From NCBI GenBank assembly GCA_964447315.1, contig CAYURQ010000001.1, positions 27,351 to 91,350 on the forward strand: 64,000 nt of DNA, given 5' to 3'. The stretch comes from Candidatus Woesearchaeota archaeon (lineage in GTDB: Archaea > Nanobdellota > Nanobdellia > Pacearchaeales > GW2011-AR1). The position numbers were made by a program, and so were the translations under genes. Below are positions 1-10,398 of the stretch, piece after piece (within the stretch, counting starts at the first letter, position 1; every line of letters starts with the position of its first letter). The notes below the pieces were generated by a model. That model was not told the DNA's origin and searched no databases. It worked only from the letters and a program-made list of their open reading frames with translations.

Positions 1-72
1 ATAAAATATAATGCTTTTATTGATGTAAAAGATGAGGTTGCTCCAAAAAATAGAAAGAGTGTTAAAGAGAGG

Positions 73-372
73 ATGGATTGGAATAAAAAACCACTAAAAT
101 TATATCTTAATATCAATGATTTTAATATACAAACGAAGTCTAAAGGATTTTTTAAATCCAGAGAATTTACTCAATATTTTAGGAAAAGAATTTATCTTAG
201 TTTAAAGGGTAAAGAAGATGTTTGTCTCACATATAAATTTAAACTTAATCCTAGAAAAATGAAATTAAATATTTCTGGGGAATTTCAAGGACCTTTTAAT
301 TCAGAAAATTTACTTTATATGAATGATTTGGAAAAATTTATTTTAACTGGGGAAATCAATAAAAAAGATTGA
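73..372 (+). CDS. hypothetical protein (99 aa)
   Basis: Intact ORF with Lys/Asn-rich composition like other lineage-specific ORFs here. No recognisable motif. Confidence 0.3.
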   Translation: MDWNKKPLKLYLNINDFNIQTKSKGFFKSREFTQYFRKRIYLSLKGKEDVCLTYKFKLNPRKMKLNISGEFQGPFNSENLLYMNDLEKFILTGEINKKD

Positions 373-499
373 TTTTCATCATATATATCCTAAAATATAT
401 ATTAGCAGAATATAGAAACATTTAAAAAGCAATTTTTGGTATCTTTTATTATTAAGCAGTTATTAAAGTCATTTGCAAATATGCTATACCCTGTAAATT

Positions 500-715
500 G
501 TGTCTAAAATGAATATTCTTCAGCCTAAACAAACAAAGATGAGCGAAAAAGAAGCTCAAGAACTATTGGATAAGCTTAACATATCTAAATCTCAGTTGCC
601 AAAAATATTTTCTGATGATTCTTCACTTCCTGAGGGATGTGTTGTTGGAGATGTTATAAAAATTGAGAGAAAACAAGAAGATAAAGTAAATGTATATTAT
701 AGGGTGGTTGTTTAA
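500..715 (+). CDS. rpoH: DNA-directed RNA polymerase subunit H (Rpo5)
   Basis: C-terminal pattern 'QLPKI...GDVIKIERK...VYYRVVV' is typical of archaeal RpoH. It lies immediately upstream of rpoB. The true start may be ATG 509 rather than GTG 500. Confidence 0.8.
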   Translation: MSKMNILQPKQTKMSEKEAQELLDKLNISKSQLPKIFSDDSSLPEGCVVGDVIKIERKQEDKVNVYYRVVV

Positions 716-720
716 AAAAG

Positions 721-3700
721 ATGGCAAGAAATAATCATTTAGTTATGAAGAATTACTTAAAGAATCATTCTTTAGTTGAATCTAATATTACTTCTTTTAA
801 TAATTTTATTGAAAAAAGACTTCAGGAAATTGTAGATGAAATACAAGCCACAATTGATAATGAAGATTTTGAGATTACTTTAGGAAAGATTGAAGTTGGA
901 AATCCAAAAGTTATTGAAGCAGATGGAAGTTATTCTTTTATTACTCCTTCTGAGGCTAGACTTAGAAACTTAACTTATGCTGCTCCTGTTACAATGGAAT
1001 TAACTGTTAAGAAAGATGGGCAAGTAGATTCAGAAGTTGTTGAAATTGGTAAAATGCCTGTTATGGTGAAAAGTAATGTTTGCAATACAAATGGCATGAA
1101 TAGTGATGAACTTGTTGAGAATTATGAAGATCCATTGAATCCTGGAGGGTATTTTATTATTAAAGGAAATGAAAGAGTTATGGTTATGGCTGAAGACTTA
1201 GCAGAAAATCAACCTTTTATTGAAGAAAATAAGAAAGGCGAATTAACTCTTAAAATGTTTTCTTTGAAAGGAACTTACAGAATTCCAGTTACCTTATCAG
1301 AAGATAAAGAAGGAATCTTGAATGTTTCTTTCAGTAGATTTAAGGATTTACCAATTGTTGTTATTCTTAAAGCATTAGGATTGACAAAAGAATCTGATAT
1401 TTCTAAATTAATTGGAAAAGAAACAGATAGTTTAATTGTTAATTTATATGAATTTGTTGATTTAGCAGATAGAGAAGATGCAATGATGTATATTGCTGAA
1501 AAGACAAATTTACAGGGAACAAAGAAAGAAATTTTAGATAGAGTAAAACAAAGAATTGATTCATATTTATTTCCTCATATTGGACAAACTAAAGAAGATA
1601 GAATCAAAAAAGCAACAACCCTTTGTAAATTATTAAAACAATTTTTGATTGCTAAAGATAAACCTGAACTTAGAACAGATAAAGACCATTATGCTAATAA
1701 AAGAGTTAGACTTTCTGGTGATTTACTTGCAACTTTATTTAGAGTTAATTTAGGAATTTTAATTAGAGATATTCAGTATTCCCTTCAAAAATCTTCTAAG
1801 CGTAAGAAATTTTTCTCAATAAAAGTTTTAGCTAAATCAACTTTATTTTCTCATAGAATAGAATCAGCAATTGCAACTGGTTCTTGGACTGGTGAGCGTT
1901 CTGGTATCACTCAAAATATGGATAAAACAAACTATTTAGCGACTATTTCTCAACTTCAGAGAGTTTCAAGTATGCTTCCTGGAGATCAAGAAAATTTTAT
2001 GGCAAGAACATTACATCCAACTCATTATGGAAGATTCTGTCCAATTGAAACTCCAGAAGGTACTGAAATCGGATTACGTAAAAATCTTTCAGTTCTTAGT
2101 AGGGTTTCAACTAGAATTGATATTGATGATGAAAAATTCATGAAAGAATTACATGAGTTGGGAATGGAAAGTGAATCAGATAATCTAGAAGGATACGATG
2201 TTTCACTAAATGGAAAATTTATTGGAACTGTTAAACAAGGAATTAATTTTGTTAAATCTCTTAGGGACAAGAGAAGAGATTCTGGATTGCCAGAGCAAAT
2301 GAATTTTAGACTTGATGAAGGTTTTAGAGTTGTTTCTATTTCAACTGAGCCTGGAAGAGTTTTAAGACCAATGATTATTGTTGATGAAGGAAATCCAAGA
2401 CTAAAGAACGAACATTTAGTTGAAATTGAGCAAGGAGAATTAAACTGGCAAGATTTAGTTAAACAAGGAATTATTGAATATTTAGATGCTTCTGAAGAAG
2501 AAAATTGCTTGATTTCATTATATGAAGAAGAATTAACACCAGAACATACTCATGTAGAAATTGATGTTACTGCTTTATTTGGAGCTGTTACAAGTTTAGT
2601 TCCTTATGGAAATCACGACCAGAGTTCAAGATTGAATAGAGGAAGTAAAACGCAAAAACAGGCACTTGGACTTTACGCTGCTAATTATTTGTGTAGATTA
2701 GATACAGATGTTTCTGTTTTACAATATCCTCAAAAACCAATTGTAAGAAGTTTTGTTTATGACACTTTGAATACCTATCCTGCTGGACAAAATTTAACTG
2801 TTGCAATTATGAGTTATGAAGGATATAATATGGAAGATGCTTTAATATTAAATAAAGGAAGTTTGGATAGGGGAGTGGGAAGAAGTTTTTATTTTAGACC
2901 TTATTCTGCTATTGAAATGAATTATGCTGGTGGATTAAAAGATGAAATTGCATTGCCTGAAAAAGATGCATCAGGTTATAGAACAGAAAAAAGTTATAGA
3001 TTATTAGAAGATGATGGTATTATTTATCCAGAAGCTAATGTTGATGAAGGAGATGTAATTATTGGTAAAATGTCTCCCCCTAAATTCTTGTCAGAAGCTA
3101 GAGAAATTTCAGTAAGAACAAAGAAAGAATCTAGTGTTACAATGAGGCAAGAAGAAAAAGGAATTATTGAATCTGTATTTATTACAGAAGACGATGAAGG
3201 CAATAAAATTGTTCAAGCTAAAACTCGTGATCAAAGAATTCCTGAATTAGGAGATAAATTTGCTACTTCACATGGTCAGAAAGGAGTTATTGGAGAAATT
3301 GTTCCTGAAGATGATGTTCCTTTTACTGCAAATGGGATTAAACCAGATATTATTTTCAATCCACATGGTTTACCAAGTCGTATGACAGTAGGATATTTAC
3401 TTGAATTACTTGCTGGTAAAGTTGGATGTGTTAAAGGAGAAGTTGTTGATGGAACTTCATTCTCTGGAGAAAGTAAATATAATTTAGAACAACAAATGGA
3501 GAAATTAGGATTTAGATTTGATGGTAAAGAAACAATGTATAATGGTATAACTGGAAAGAAAATGAAATCAAAGATTTTTGTTGGGAATTTGTATTATCTT
3601 AAGCTTAAATATATGGTTGGTAATAAGATGCATGGTAGAGCATCTGGTAAAGTTGCACTTTTAACAAGACAACCAATTGAAGGACGTTCTAGGGGTGGAG

Positions 3701-3981
3701 CTTTAAGATTAGGTGAAATGGAACAGCAAGCATTAGTTGCCCATGGTTCTTCATTATTACTTAAGGAAAGATATGATTCAGATAAAGTTGTATTACCAAT
3801 TTGTGCTAAATGCGGAGCAATGGCAGTAGAAGATAAAATACGTAAAAAAATATCTTGTCCAATTTGTGCAAGCGAAACAATAGAACCTGTTGAAGTATCA
3901 TATGCATTCAAGCTTCTTATAGAGGAGTTGCAAGGGTTACATGTAAATACAACTTTTGATTTAAAAAATAAATACGAATAA
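721..3981 (+). CDS. rpoB: DNA-directed RNA polymerase subunit B (Rpo2), unsplit
   Basis: 1086 aa with conserved blocks 'GRFCPIETPEG', 'SHGQKGV', 'NPHGLPSRMTVG', 'MHGRASG' and a C-terminal Cys4 zinc ribbon 'CAKCG...CPIC'. Confidence 0.97.
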   Translation: MARNNHLVMKNYLKNHSLVESNITSFNNFIEKRLQEIVDEIQATIDNEDFEITLGKIEVGNPKVIEADGSYSFITPSEARLRNLTYAAPVTMELTVKKDGQVDSEVVEIGKMPVMVKSNVCNTNGMNSDELVENYEDPLNPGGYFIIKGNERVMVMAEDLAENQPFIEENKKGELTLKMFSLKGTYRIPVTLSEDKEGILNVSFSRFKDLPIVVILKALGLTKESDISKLIGKETDSLIVNLYEFVDLADREDAMMYIAEKTNLQGTKKEILDRVKQRIDSYLFPHIGQTKEDRIKKATTLCKLLKQFLIAKDKPELRTDKDHYANKRVRLSGDLLATLFRVNLGILIRDIQYSLQKSSKRKKFFSIKVLAKSTLFSHRIESAIATGSWTGERSGITQNMDKTNYLATISQLQRVSSMLPGDQENFMARTLHPTHYGRFCPIETPEGTEIGLRKNLSVLSRVSTRIDIDDEKFMKELHELGMESESDNLEGYDVSLNGKFIGTVKQGINFVKSLRDKRRDSGLPEQMNFRLDEGFRVVSISTEPGRVLRPMIIVDEGNPRLKNEHLVEIEQGELNWQDLVKQGIIEYLDASEEENCLISLYEEELTPEHTHVEIDVTALFGAVTSLVPYGNHDQSSRLNRGSKTQKQALGLYAANYLCRLDTDVSVLQYPQKPIVRSFVYDTLNTYPAGQNLTVAIMSYEGYNMEDALILNKGSLDRGVGRSFYFRPYSAIEMNYAGGLKDEIALPEKDASGYRTEKSYRLLEDDGIIYPEANVDEGDVIIGKMSPPKFLSEAREISVRTKKESSVTMRQEEKGIIESVFITEDDEGNKIVQAKTRDQRIPELGDKFATSHGQKGVIGEIVPEDDVPFTANGIKPDIIFNPHGLPSRMTVGYLLELLAGKVGCVKGEVVDGTSFSGESKYNLEQQMEKLGFRFDGKETMYNGITGKKMKSKIFVGNLYYLKLKYMVGNKMHGRASGKVALLTRQPIEGRSRGGALRLGEMEQQALVAHGSSLLLKERYDSDKVVLPICAKCGAMAVEDKIRKKISCPICASETIEPVEVSYAFKLLIEELQGLHVNTTFDLKNKYE

Positions 3982-3982
3982 A

Positions 3983-6900
3983 ATGAACAAGCCAATAAGA
4001 AAAAGAATAAAGAGTTTGAATTTTAGCTTACTTAGCCCTGAGCAAGTTAAGAAATTAAGCTCAGCAAAAATAGTTACTCCTGAACTTTATGATATTGATG
4101 GTTATCCAGTTGATGGAGGGTTAATGGATTTAAGGTTAGGCGCTGTAGACCCTGGTGTTAGATGTAGAACTTGTGGTGGAAGAATTAAGGAATGTTTAGG
4201 ACATCCAGGAAGTATTGACATGGCAAGAGCTGTTATTCACTTGAAATATATTCCTTTAATTGAAATGTGCTTAAGATGTTTTTGCCAAGATTGTGGAAAA
4301 TTAATGCTATCTGAGAAAGATATGGAAAAATATAGTGCAAGTCAAAGAGCTAAGAAAGCAAAAGACTCAAAGAAATGTCCTCATTGTCAAGCTTCTCAGG
4401 AAAAAATGAAGTTAGATAAACCAACAAGTTTTTATAAAGGTAAAACAAGAATTTTTCCAACTGAAATTAGAGAGATGCTTGTTAATATTCCTAATGAAGA
4501 ATTAGAAAAAGTTGGAGTTAATTGTAAAACTTCAAGACCTGAGTGGGCTGTCATTACTTCATTATTAGTTCCGCCTGTAACAGTTAGGCCTAGTATTATC
4601 TTGGAAACAGGAGAACGTTCAGAGGATGATTTAACACATAAACTTTCAGATATTATTAGAGCTAATCAAAGACTTTGGGAAAATTTAAATGCTGGTGCTC
4701 CAGAAGTTATTATTGAGGATTTGTGGGATTTACTGCAATTTCATGTAACAACTTTCTTTGATAATACAGTTACTAGAATTCCACCTGCTAGGCACAGAAG
4801 TGGACAACCACTTAAGACTATAACTGAAAGAATTAAAGGTAAAGAAGGAAGAATTAGAAAAAATATTGCTGGTAAGAGAGTAAATTATTCTGGTAGAACA
4901 GTTATTTCTCCTGATCCATTTATTGGAATTAATGAAGTTGGAGTTCCTTATGAAATTGCAAAAGTAGTTACAGTTGCTGAAACAGTTAATGATTTAAACA
5001 TCAAAAAATTAAAAAAATTGATTCAAAAAGGTAGTGAATATCCTGGTTCTAGTTATGTTATTAGACCAGATGGAAAAAGAAAGAAAGTTACTGAAGAACT
5101 TAAAGAAGAGATAATTTCTGAATTGGCTCCGGGGTATAAAGTTGAAAGACATTTACAAGAAGGAGATGTTGTTTTATTTAATAGGCACCCAAGCCTTCAT
5201 AGAGGAAGTTTAATGGCTCATTTTGTTAGAGTTTTACCTGGTAGAACTTTCCGTATGCATCCTTCTGCTGCTGCACCATATAATGCTGATTACGATGGAG
5301 ATGAAATGAATATTCATAGCCCTCAAAATGAAGAAGCACGTGCAGAAGCTAAAATTTTACTTGATGTTAAAAAAAATTTAATGTCCCCAAAAAATAATAC
5401 TAACTTGGTTGGAAGTATTAAAGATTCTAACACTGGAAATTATTTATTAGGACTAGATGAATTTACTTCAGATGAAGCAAATCAATTATTTTATTATTCT
5501 GGAATTGATGCTTATGCATCAAAGAAACATATAACAGGATTTGAACTATTTTCAGAAATTTTTCCAAAAAGTGTTAATTTCAAGAATGATTCAATCACAA
5601 TAAAAGATGGGGTTGTTGAAAAAGGTGTTATTGATAAAACTACTTTTGGAGATGAAGATGGTGATTTAGTTAAGGTTTTAGATAATACTCTTGGTAGAGA
5701 TGAAACTTTCAAAATTTTAAAGAATGCTTTTGATTTAGGAAAGAATCATATTACTAATAGAGGAATTACAATTTCAGTTAATGATTTGGATTTAAGAAAA
5801 GATGTTATTGAAATGGGTGAAGAGATAATTAAGAAATCAGAAAAGAAAACTCAAGATTTAATTAATTCTTATAATGATGGAACTTTAGAAATTATTCCTG
5901 GTAAAACATTAGAGGAGTCTAGAGAGCTGAAAATTGTTCAGACATTGAATGAAGTAAGAACGAAGATTGGTGAAATTGTTAGGAGAGAATATCCTAAAAC
6001 TAATCCTGTAAATCATATGATTAGATCAGGTGGTGGAGGTAATATACTTAATGTAACTCAGATGGCTTCATGTGTTGGACAGCAAGCATTCATGGGGGGA
6101 AGAATCAATATTGGGTATAATGGAAGAACTTTATCATTATTCAAACCAGGAGATTTAAGTCCTGAAGCTCATGGATTTATTAAAAGTTCTTTTATTAAAG
6201 GATTAAGACCAGATGAATTCTTTTTCCAGGCTGTTACTGGAAGAGACTCACTTATGGATACTGGTTTAAGAACTCCAAAATCAGGCTATTTATATAGGAG
6301 ATTAGCAAATGCTCTTCAAGATTTAAGAGTGGAATATGACGGAACAATTAGAGACAGCAATAATAATATTATTGAATTCTTATTTGGAGATGATGGAATA
6401 GATGTTTCAAAAATGCATACTAAAGGAAAACTTGACAGTGGAGAAGCAATTGGAATTGTTACTGCTCAGAGTTTTGGTGAAAGTTCGACACAGATGGTTC
6501 TTAATACATTCCATATGGCTGGTGTAGCTGAAATGCAGGTTACTTCTGGTTTACCAAGATTAATTGAAATTTTTGATGCTAGAAAAACACCTTCTTCACC
6601 AAAAATGGAAATTTTCTTAAATAAAGAATATAATGATGAGAAAAATGCAAGAATATTTGCTGAAAAAATAAAAGAAATTACCCTTAAAGAAATTGCTTCT
6701 GAGATTAATTTAGATTTTGGAAATAAAAAAATTGAGATTGTTATTGATAAACAAGGATTAAGACAAACACATTCAAGTGTTAAAACAATTGTTGATAGAT
6801 TAAAGGATTTACACTTTAAAGCTAAGGATAAAGGGGATTTAATACAATTAGATGCAGGGGATATGAATTTCAGAGAAATTTATAAACTTAAAGAAAAACT

Positions 6901-7474
6901 TAAAGGCACTTTAATTTCAGGAATTAAAGGAGTAAAGCAAATATTAGTTGTAAAAAGAGATAGAGATTATGTTATTGTGACTCTTGGAACAAATTTAAAA
7001 GAAATTATTCAAATGAAAGAAGTTAATCCTAATAAGTTGATTTCAAATGATTTTTATGAAGTGGCAGATATTTTTGGTATTGAAGCTGCTCATTCTTTGA
7101 TTATCAAAGAAATTTTAGAAGTTCTTAAATCCCAGGGTATTGATATTGATATGAGACACTTAAAGCTTGTTGCAGATGCAATGACAAATACTGGAGAAGT
7201 TAAAGGAGTTACTAGAATGGGAATTATTGCACAAAAATCTTCAATCCTTGCAAGAGCAACATTTGAAACACCTGTTAAACAATTTGTTAATGCATCAATT
7301 AAAGGAAATAAAGATGAATTATCAAGTGTTATTGAAAATATAATTCTTAATCAACCAGTTCCAGTTGGAACAGGATTACCAGGACTTTTAGTTAAGGTAA
7401 CAGGGCCTTTAGTTAAAGATGAAAAAAACAAGAAAAAAGCTGATTCCAAGATTGTAGATATTGTTAATAATTAA
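3983..7474 (+). CDS. rpoA: DNA-directed RNA polymerase largest subunit, A' and A'' parts fused in one ORF (Rpo1)
   Basis: One uninterrupted 1163-aa ORF. It contains the N-terminal zinc motifs, the catalytic 'NADYDGDEMN' (A' part) and the trigger-loop block 'GEAIGIVTAQSFGESSTQMVLNTFHMAGV' (A'' part). It starts 1 nt after the rpoB stop. Confidence 0.95.
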   Translation: MNKPIRKRIKSLNFSLLSPEQVKKLSSAKIVTPELYDIDGYPVDGGLMDLRLGAVDPGVRCRTCGGRIKECLGHPGSIDMARAVIHLKYIPLIEMCLRCFCQDCGKLMLSEKDMEKYSASQRAKKAKDSKKCPHCQASQEKMKLDKPTSFYKGKTRIFPTEIREMLVNIPNEELEKVGVNCKTSRPEWAVITSLLVPPVTVRPSIILETGERSEDDLTHKLSDIIRANQRLWENLNAGAPEVIIEDLWDLLQFHVTTFFDNTVTRIPPARHRSGQPLKTITERIKGKEGRIRKNIAGKRVNYSGRTVISPDPFIGINEVGVPYEIAKVVTVAETVNDLNIKKLKKLIQKGSEYPGSSYVIRPDGKRKKVTEELKEEIISELAPGYKVERHLQEGDVVLFNRHPSLHRGSLMAHFVRVLPGRTFRMHPSAAAPYNADYDGDEMNIHSPQNEEARAEAKILLDVKKNLMSPKNNTNLVGSIKDSNTGNYLLGLDEFTSDEANQLFYYSGIDAYASKKHITGFELFSEIFPKSVNFKNDSITIKDGVVEKGVIDKTTFGDEDGDLVKVLDNTLGRDETFKILKNAFDLGKNHITNRGITISVNDLDLRKDVIEMGEEIIKKSEKKTQDLINSYNDGTLEIIPGKTLEESRELKIVQTLNEVRTKIGEIVRREYPKTNPVNHMIRSGGGGNILNVTQMASCVGQQAFMGGRINIGYNGRTLSLFKPGDLSPEAHGFIKSSFIKGLRPDEFFFQAVTGRDSLMDTGLRTPKSGYLYRRLANALQDLRVEYDGTIRDSNNNIIEFLFGDDGIDVSKMHTKGKLDSGEAIGIVTAQSFGESSTQMVLNTFHMAGVAEMQVTSGLPRLIEIFDARKTPSSPKMEIFLNKEYNDEKNARIFAEKIKEITLKEIASEINLDFGNKKIEIVIDKQGLRQTHSSVKTIVDRLKDLHFKAKDKGDLIQLDAGDMNFREIYKLKEKLKGTLISGIKGVKQILVVKRDRDYVIVTLGTNLKEIIQMKEVNPNKLISNDFYEVADIFGIEAAHSLIIKEILEVLKSQGIDIDMRHLKLVADAMTNTGEVKGVTRMGIIAQKSSILARATFETPVKQFVNASIKGNKDELSSVIENIILNQPVPVGTGLPGLLVKVTGPLVKDEKNKKKADSKIVDIVNN

Positions 7475-7588
7475 TTAAATTCTTTAAATAAAATTTTCAA
7501 TAAAAGTAGTAAATCCAAGCAAGAGAAATTTACCGTCGATAAAACTTAAAATTAAATAATGTAAAGGTTTAAAAACTAAATCCTTCTA

Positions 7589-8020
7589 ATGCTTTTATCT
7601 AAAATGGTTAATACAATTGACATGCAAGATTTGAGATACTTGAATTTATTTTCTAAAGTTACTAGAATTAGTACTAAATATTGTTTTATGTATAATAATG
7701 TTGTAGTTTTTGCTGTTCCTAAAGCACTTATTTCAAAAGCACTTGGAAAAGATGTTATTAACTTGAAAAAAATTAGTAATGTTCTTAAAAAAAGAGTTAA
7801 GGTTGTTGCAATTCCAGAAGGAATTAAAGACGCAAGAAAATTAATTGAAGCAATTGTTAGTCCAGTTACTTTTAAGGATTTGGAAATAACTGAAAATGAA
7901 ATAATTCTTAATGCAGGGCCTCAAAACAAAGCTGCTTTAATTGGTAGAAATAAAAGACGTTTAATGGAAATGCAAGAAATTGTAAAAGATTTTTTTCATA
8001 AAGAATTTAGGATTGTTTGA
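7589..8020 (+). CDS. nusA: NusA-like KH-domain protein (archaeal NusA homologue)
   Basis: About 140 aa with KH-like 'KALGKDVINLKKIS' and 'AALIGRNKRRL'. It occupies the canonical position after rpoA. A TATA-like box at 7564-7576 favours ATG 7604 as the start. Confidence 0.7.
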   Translation: MLLSKMVNTIDMQDLRYLNLFSKVTRISTKYCFMYNNVVVFAVPKALISKALGKDVINLKKISNVLKKRVKVVAIPEGIKDARKLIEAIVSPVTFKDLEITENEIILNAGPQNKAALIGRNKRRLMEMQEIVKDFFHKEFRIV

Positions 8021-8064
8021 ATTTTTTAATATATATTTTTTAAATTAATTATATTTATAAAAGA

Positions 8065-8655
8065 TTGATTGGTTTATTTTTTATGGATAAAGAAGATTTA
8101 CATATATATGAATTATTTGATGGGGAGCATTTATATTATAGCAGTCATACTTTAGAAATGTTGCATTCTAATGAGGATTATTTAAAATCTTATTATTCCA
8201 AAAATATTAAAAATGTTAATTTCAATGACATAAAAAAGATTCAAAATCATTTAGATGAATATACTCTTAATCCTTATTTAATGTTGACTGGCTTTGAAAG
8301 TTTCACTCAAGAAAATGAAATTTTTGAGAAACTACTTGACATTATTCCTTTATTCTGGCAAGAGGATTATCATATAAAGGATAAAAAAATATGGCGTTCT
8401 TCTGGGGAGACTCCCCTTGATAATTATATAAAAAGATTGGAAAATCCAGGAAGAGATATGAAATTTCTTGAGAGAATGTTAAATATGGTTACTTCAAATA
8501 ATAACCTAGGAAGATTTAGAGATGCAAAAAAAGCAGAAAAATTATTTATGCAATATTCTGATGAGGAATCAATTCCATTACTTATGGAAAAATTAAAACT
8601 TCATTCTAGTTTGTATAATAAATTTGGAAATTCCAGAGAAAGCATAGAAGATTAA
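8065..8655 (+). CDS. hypothetical protein inserted between nusA and rps12
   Basis: Intact ORF with no recognisable motif. The likely start is ATG 8083. Confidence 0.45.
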   Translation: MIGLFFMDKEDLHIYELFDGEHLYYSSHTLEMLHSNEDYLKSYYSKNIKNVNFNDIKKIQNHLDEYTLNPYLMLTGFESFTQENEIFEKLLDIIPLFWQEDYHIKDKKIWRSSGETPLDNYIKRLENPGRDMKFLERMLNMVTSNNNLGRFRDAKKAEKLFMQYSDEESIPLLMEKLKLHSSLYNKFGNSRESIED

Positions 8656-8762
8656 TAATCTTTAAAAGACGTAGGATTTTCTATTGACAGCAAGCTTTAA
8701 AAACTAATTTTATTAAGGATAGTTGTTATAATCGTTGTATTATATTATATATTTCAAATAAA

Positions 8763-9185
8763 ATGGGATTAAAAAGCGCATCAAAAAAGCAAAAGGACAG
8801 GAAAAAGTTTAGGTGGAACTCTCGGGATTATAAAGTTAGAGTTCTTGATTTATATGCTAAGTCAGACCCTTTAGCAGGAGCTAATCAAGCAAAAGGGATT
8901 GTTTTATCTAAAGTTCAAAGAGAAGCAAAGCAGCCAAACTCAGCTATGAGGAAATGTTGCAAGGTTCAGTTAACAAAAAATGGAAGACAAGTAACTGCTT
9001 TTATTCCGGGTAATTTAGCTCAAAAATTTATTGATGAGCACGATGAAGTTATGATTGAAAGAATTGGTGGCAAGCAAGGAAGAAGTAAGGGAGATATTCC
9101 TGGTGTTAGATTTCAAGTGATTAAAGTGAATGATCAACCATTAGCTAGATTAGTTAAGGGTAAGATTGAGAAGGGTAGAAGATAA
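8763..9185 (+). CDS. rps12: 30S ribosomal protein S12 (uS12)
   Basis: '[20 protein letters not shown]' and '[13 protein letters not shown]' are uS12 signatures. Confidence 0.95.
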   Translation: MGLKSASKKQKDRKKFRWNSRDYKVRVLDLYAKSDPLAGANQAKGIVLSKVQREAKQPNSAMRKCCKVQLTKNGRQVTAFIPGNLAQKFIDEHDEVMIERIGGKQGRSKGDIPGVRFQVIKVNDQPLARLVKGKIEKGRR

Positions 9186-9188
9186 AAA

Positions 9189-9455
9189 ATGGAAATTAAC
9201 AAAAAAAACAACAAAATAATAATTAACTTAACTAAAAAAGATTATGATGAAAAAGTTTCGGGTTTTTTAGAAAAAAAATATTCTGAAAATATAGTTACTC
9301 AAAGAGGAAAGTATGCATTTATAGCATCTAATGAAAATAGTCAAGTAAATGTTGTTCCCTATCCTTTTGAAACTCCTAATAATCCAGAAACAGTTATGTT
9401 AGTTATTCCAGAAGGAAAAGGAAAATTAAAAAAAGAATTAGAGAGGTTATTATAA
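9189..9455 (+). CDS. hypothetical 88-aa protein wedged between rps12 and rps7
   Basis: It starts 3 nt after the rps12 stop and ends 1 nt before the rps7 start. No recognisable motif. Confidence 0.5.
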   Translation: MEINKKNNKIIINLTKKDYDEKVSGFLEKKYSENIVTQRGKYAFIASNENSQVNVVPYPFETPNNPETVMLVIPEGKGKLKKELERLL

Positions 9456-9456
9456 A

Positions 9457-10083
9457 ATGTCAGAACAAATACAAAAACAATCAAATATACTAAATTTTAA
9501 AATTTTTGACAAATATGATTTATCAGAGGTTAAAGTAACTGATCCTGGTTTAAAGTCAGCGATAAATCTTGAACCAAAATTAATTTTAAAATCTCAAGGA
9601 AGAAATGTTGTTAAACATGGACAAGCAAAAGTTAATGTTGTTGAAAGATTAATGAACAAGTTATCTGTTGCAGGACACAGAAACAAAAAACATAGAATTG
9701 AGAAAGGTGATTCTACTGGAAAATATTCTAAAAATATGAAAATTGTTTTAGAAGCACTTGAATTAGTTGAAAAAAGAACTCATAAAAATCCAGTCCAGGT
9801 TTTAGTGAATGCAATTGAAAATGCTGCTCCAAGAGATGAAACAACTGTAATTGAATACGGAGGAGCAAGGTATCCTCAAGCGGTTGATGTTGCCCCTTTA
9901 AGAAGAGTAAATTTATCATTAAAACATCTTGTTCATGGTGCAAGTGATAAAGCTTTCAAAAAGAAAAAGAAACTTTCACAAGCTCTTGGAGAAGAAATAA
10001 TTATGGCTGCTGATAATAACGGAGATGGCATGTCAATTCGTAAGAAAAAAGAATCAGAAGCTCAAGCTGATTCTGCACGATAA
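9457..10083 (+). CDS. rps7: 30S ribosomal protein S7 (uS7)
   Basis: 'NAIENAAPRDETT.IEYGGARYPQAVDV.P.RR' is the uS7 signature. Canonical position after S12. Confidence 0.93.
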   Translation: MSEQIQKQSNILNFKIFDKYDLSEVKVTDPGLKSAINLEPKLILKSQGRNVVKHGQAKVNVVERLMNKLSVAGHRNKKHRIEKGDSTGKYSKNMKIVLEALELVEKRTHKNPVQVLVNAIENAAPRDETTVIEYGGARYPQAVDVAPLRRVNLSLKHLVHGASDKAFKKKKKLSQALGEEIIMAADNNGDGMSIRKKKESEAQADSAR

Positions 10084-10098
10084 AGATATTTCATAATC

Positions 10099-10359
10099 AT
10101 GATTTTAGATAATCTTACTATAGAAGAAATTAATTTTTTAGGAAAAATTAATCAAGAATTTAAAAATAAGAATCTAAATGGAAATGTTTACTTAATTAAT
10201 GAAAAGATTAATGGAAAAATAAAAATACTTAATTTTATTGTTAATATGGTAAGTCATAAAGATATTATTTTAAATCTCAAAAAAGATGTAGAAAAATTTA
10301 TTCCTTGTGTTTATGTTTCTAATATATCAAAATATCATGCTTATTGCAAAATTTATTGA
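10099..10359 (+). CDS. hypothetical protein (86 aa)
   Basis: Intact ORF between rps7 and fusA. No motif. Confidence 0.35.
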   Translation: MILDNLTIEEINFLGKINQEFKNKNLNGNVYLINEKINGKIKILNFIVNMVSHKDIILNLKKDVEKFIPCVYVSNISKYHAYCKIY

Positions 10360-10362
10360 TAG

Positions 10363-10380
10363 ATAACTTTTTAAACTAAT
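10363..10380 (+). promoter_or_regulatory. BRE/TATA-like promoter of fusA (leaderless geometry)
   Basis: 'ataactttttaaactaat' is centred about 27 nt upstream of ATG 10399. The same pattern and spacing recur at many genes in the window. Confidence 0.5.
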
Positions 10381-10398
10381 TTTTGTAAATGTATTGTT

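Noticed and set aside
2025-3995. ORFs antisense to conserved genes. Inside rpoB: 2025..2270 and 3594..3995. The same class elsewhere: 5512..5712, 9728..9943, 12022..12228, 16194..16424, 18940..19191, 21023..21289, 21875..22072, 25492..25827, 26009..26242, 26321..26593, 47435..47620, 49945..50196, 50254..50448, 52965..53195, 54916..55188, 55026..55229, 55621..55911, 57674..57883, 58450..58671, 58810..59142, 58971..59159, 61765..61995 and 63710..63892.
   Set aside because: All lie fully or mostly inside, and antisense to, ORFs with strong family signatures. Their translations are low-complexity (Ser/Leu/Phe/Ile-rich) with no motifs. This is typical of shadow ORFs.
7475-7588. Expected rpl30e gene between rpoA and nusA.
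   Set aside because: The gap is only 114 nt and contains no ORF. The gene is simply absent from this position.
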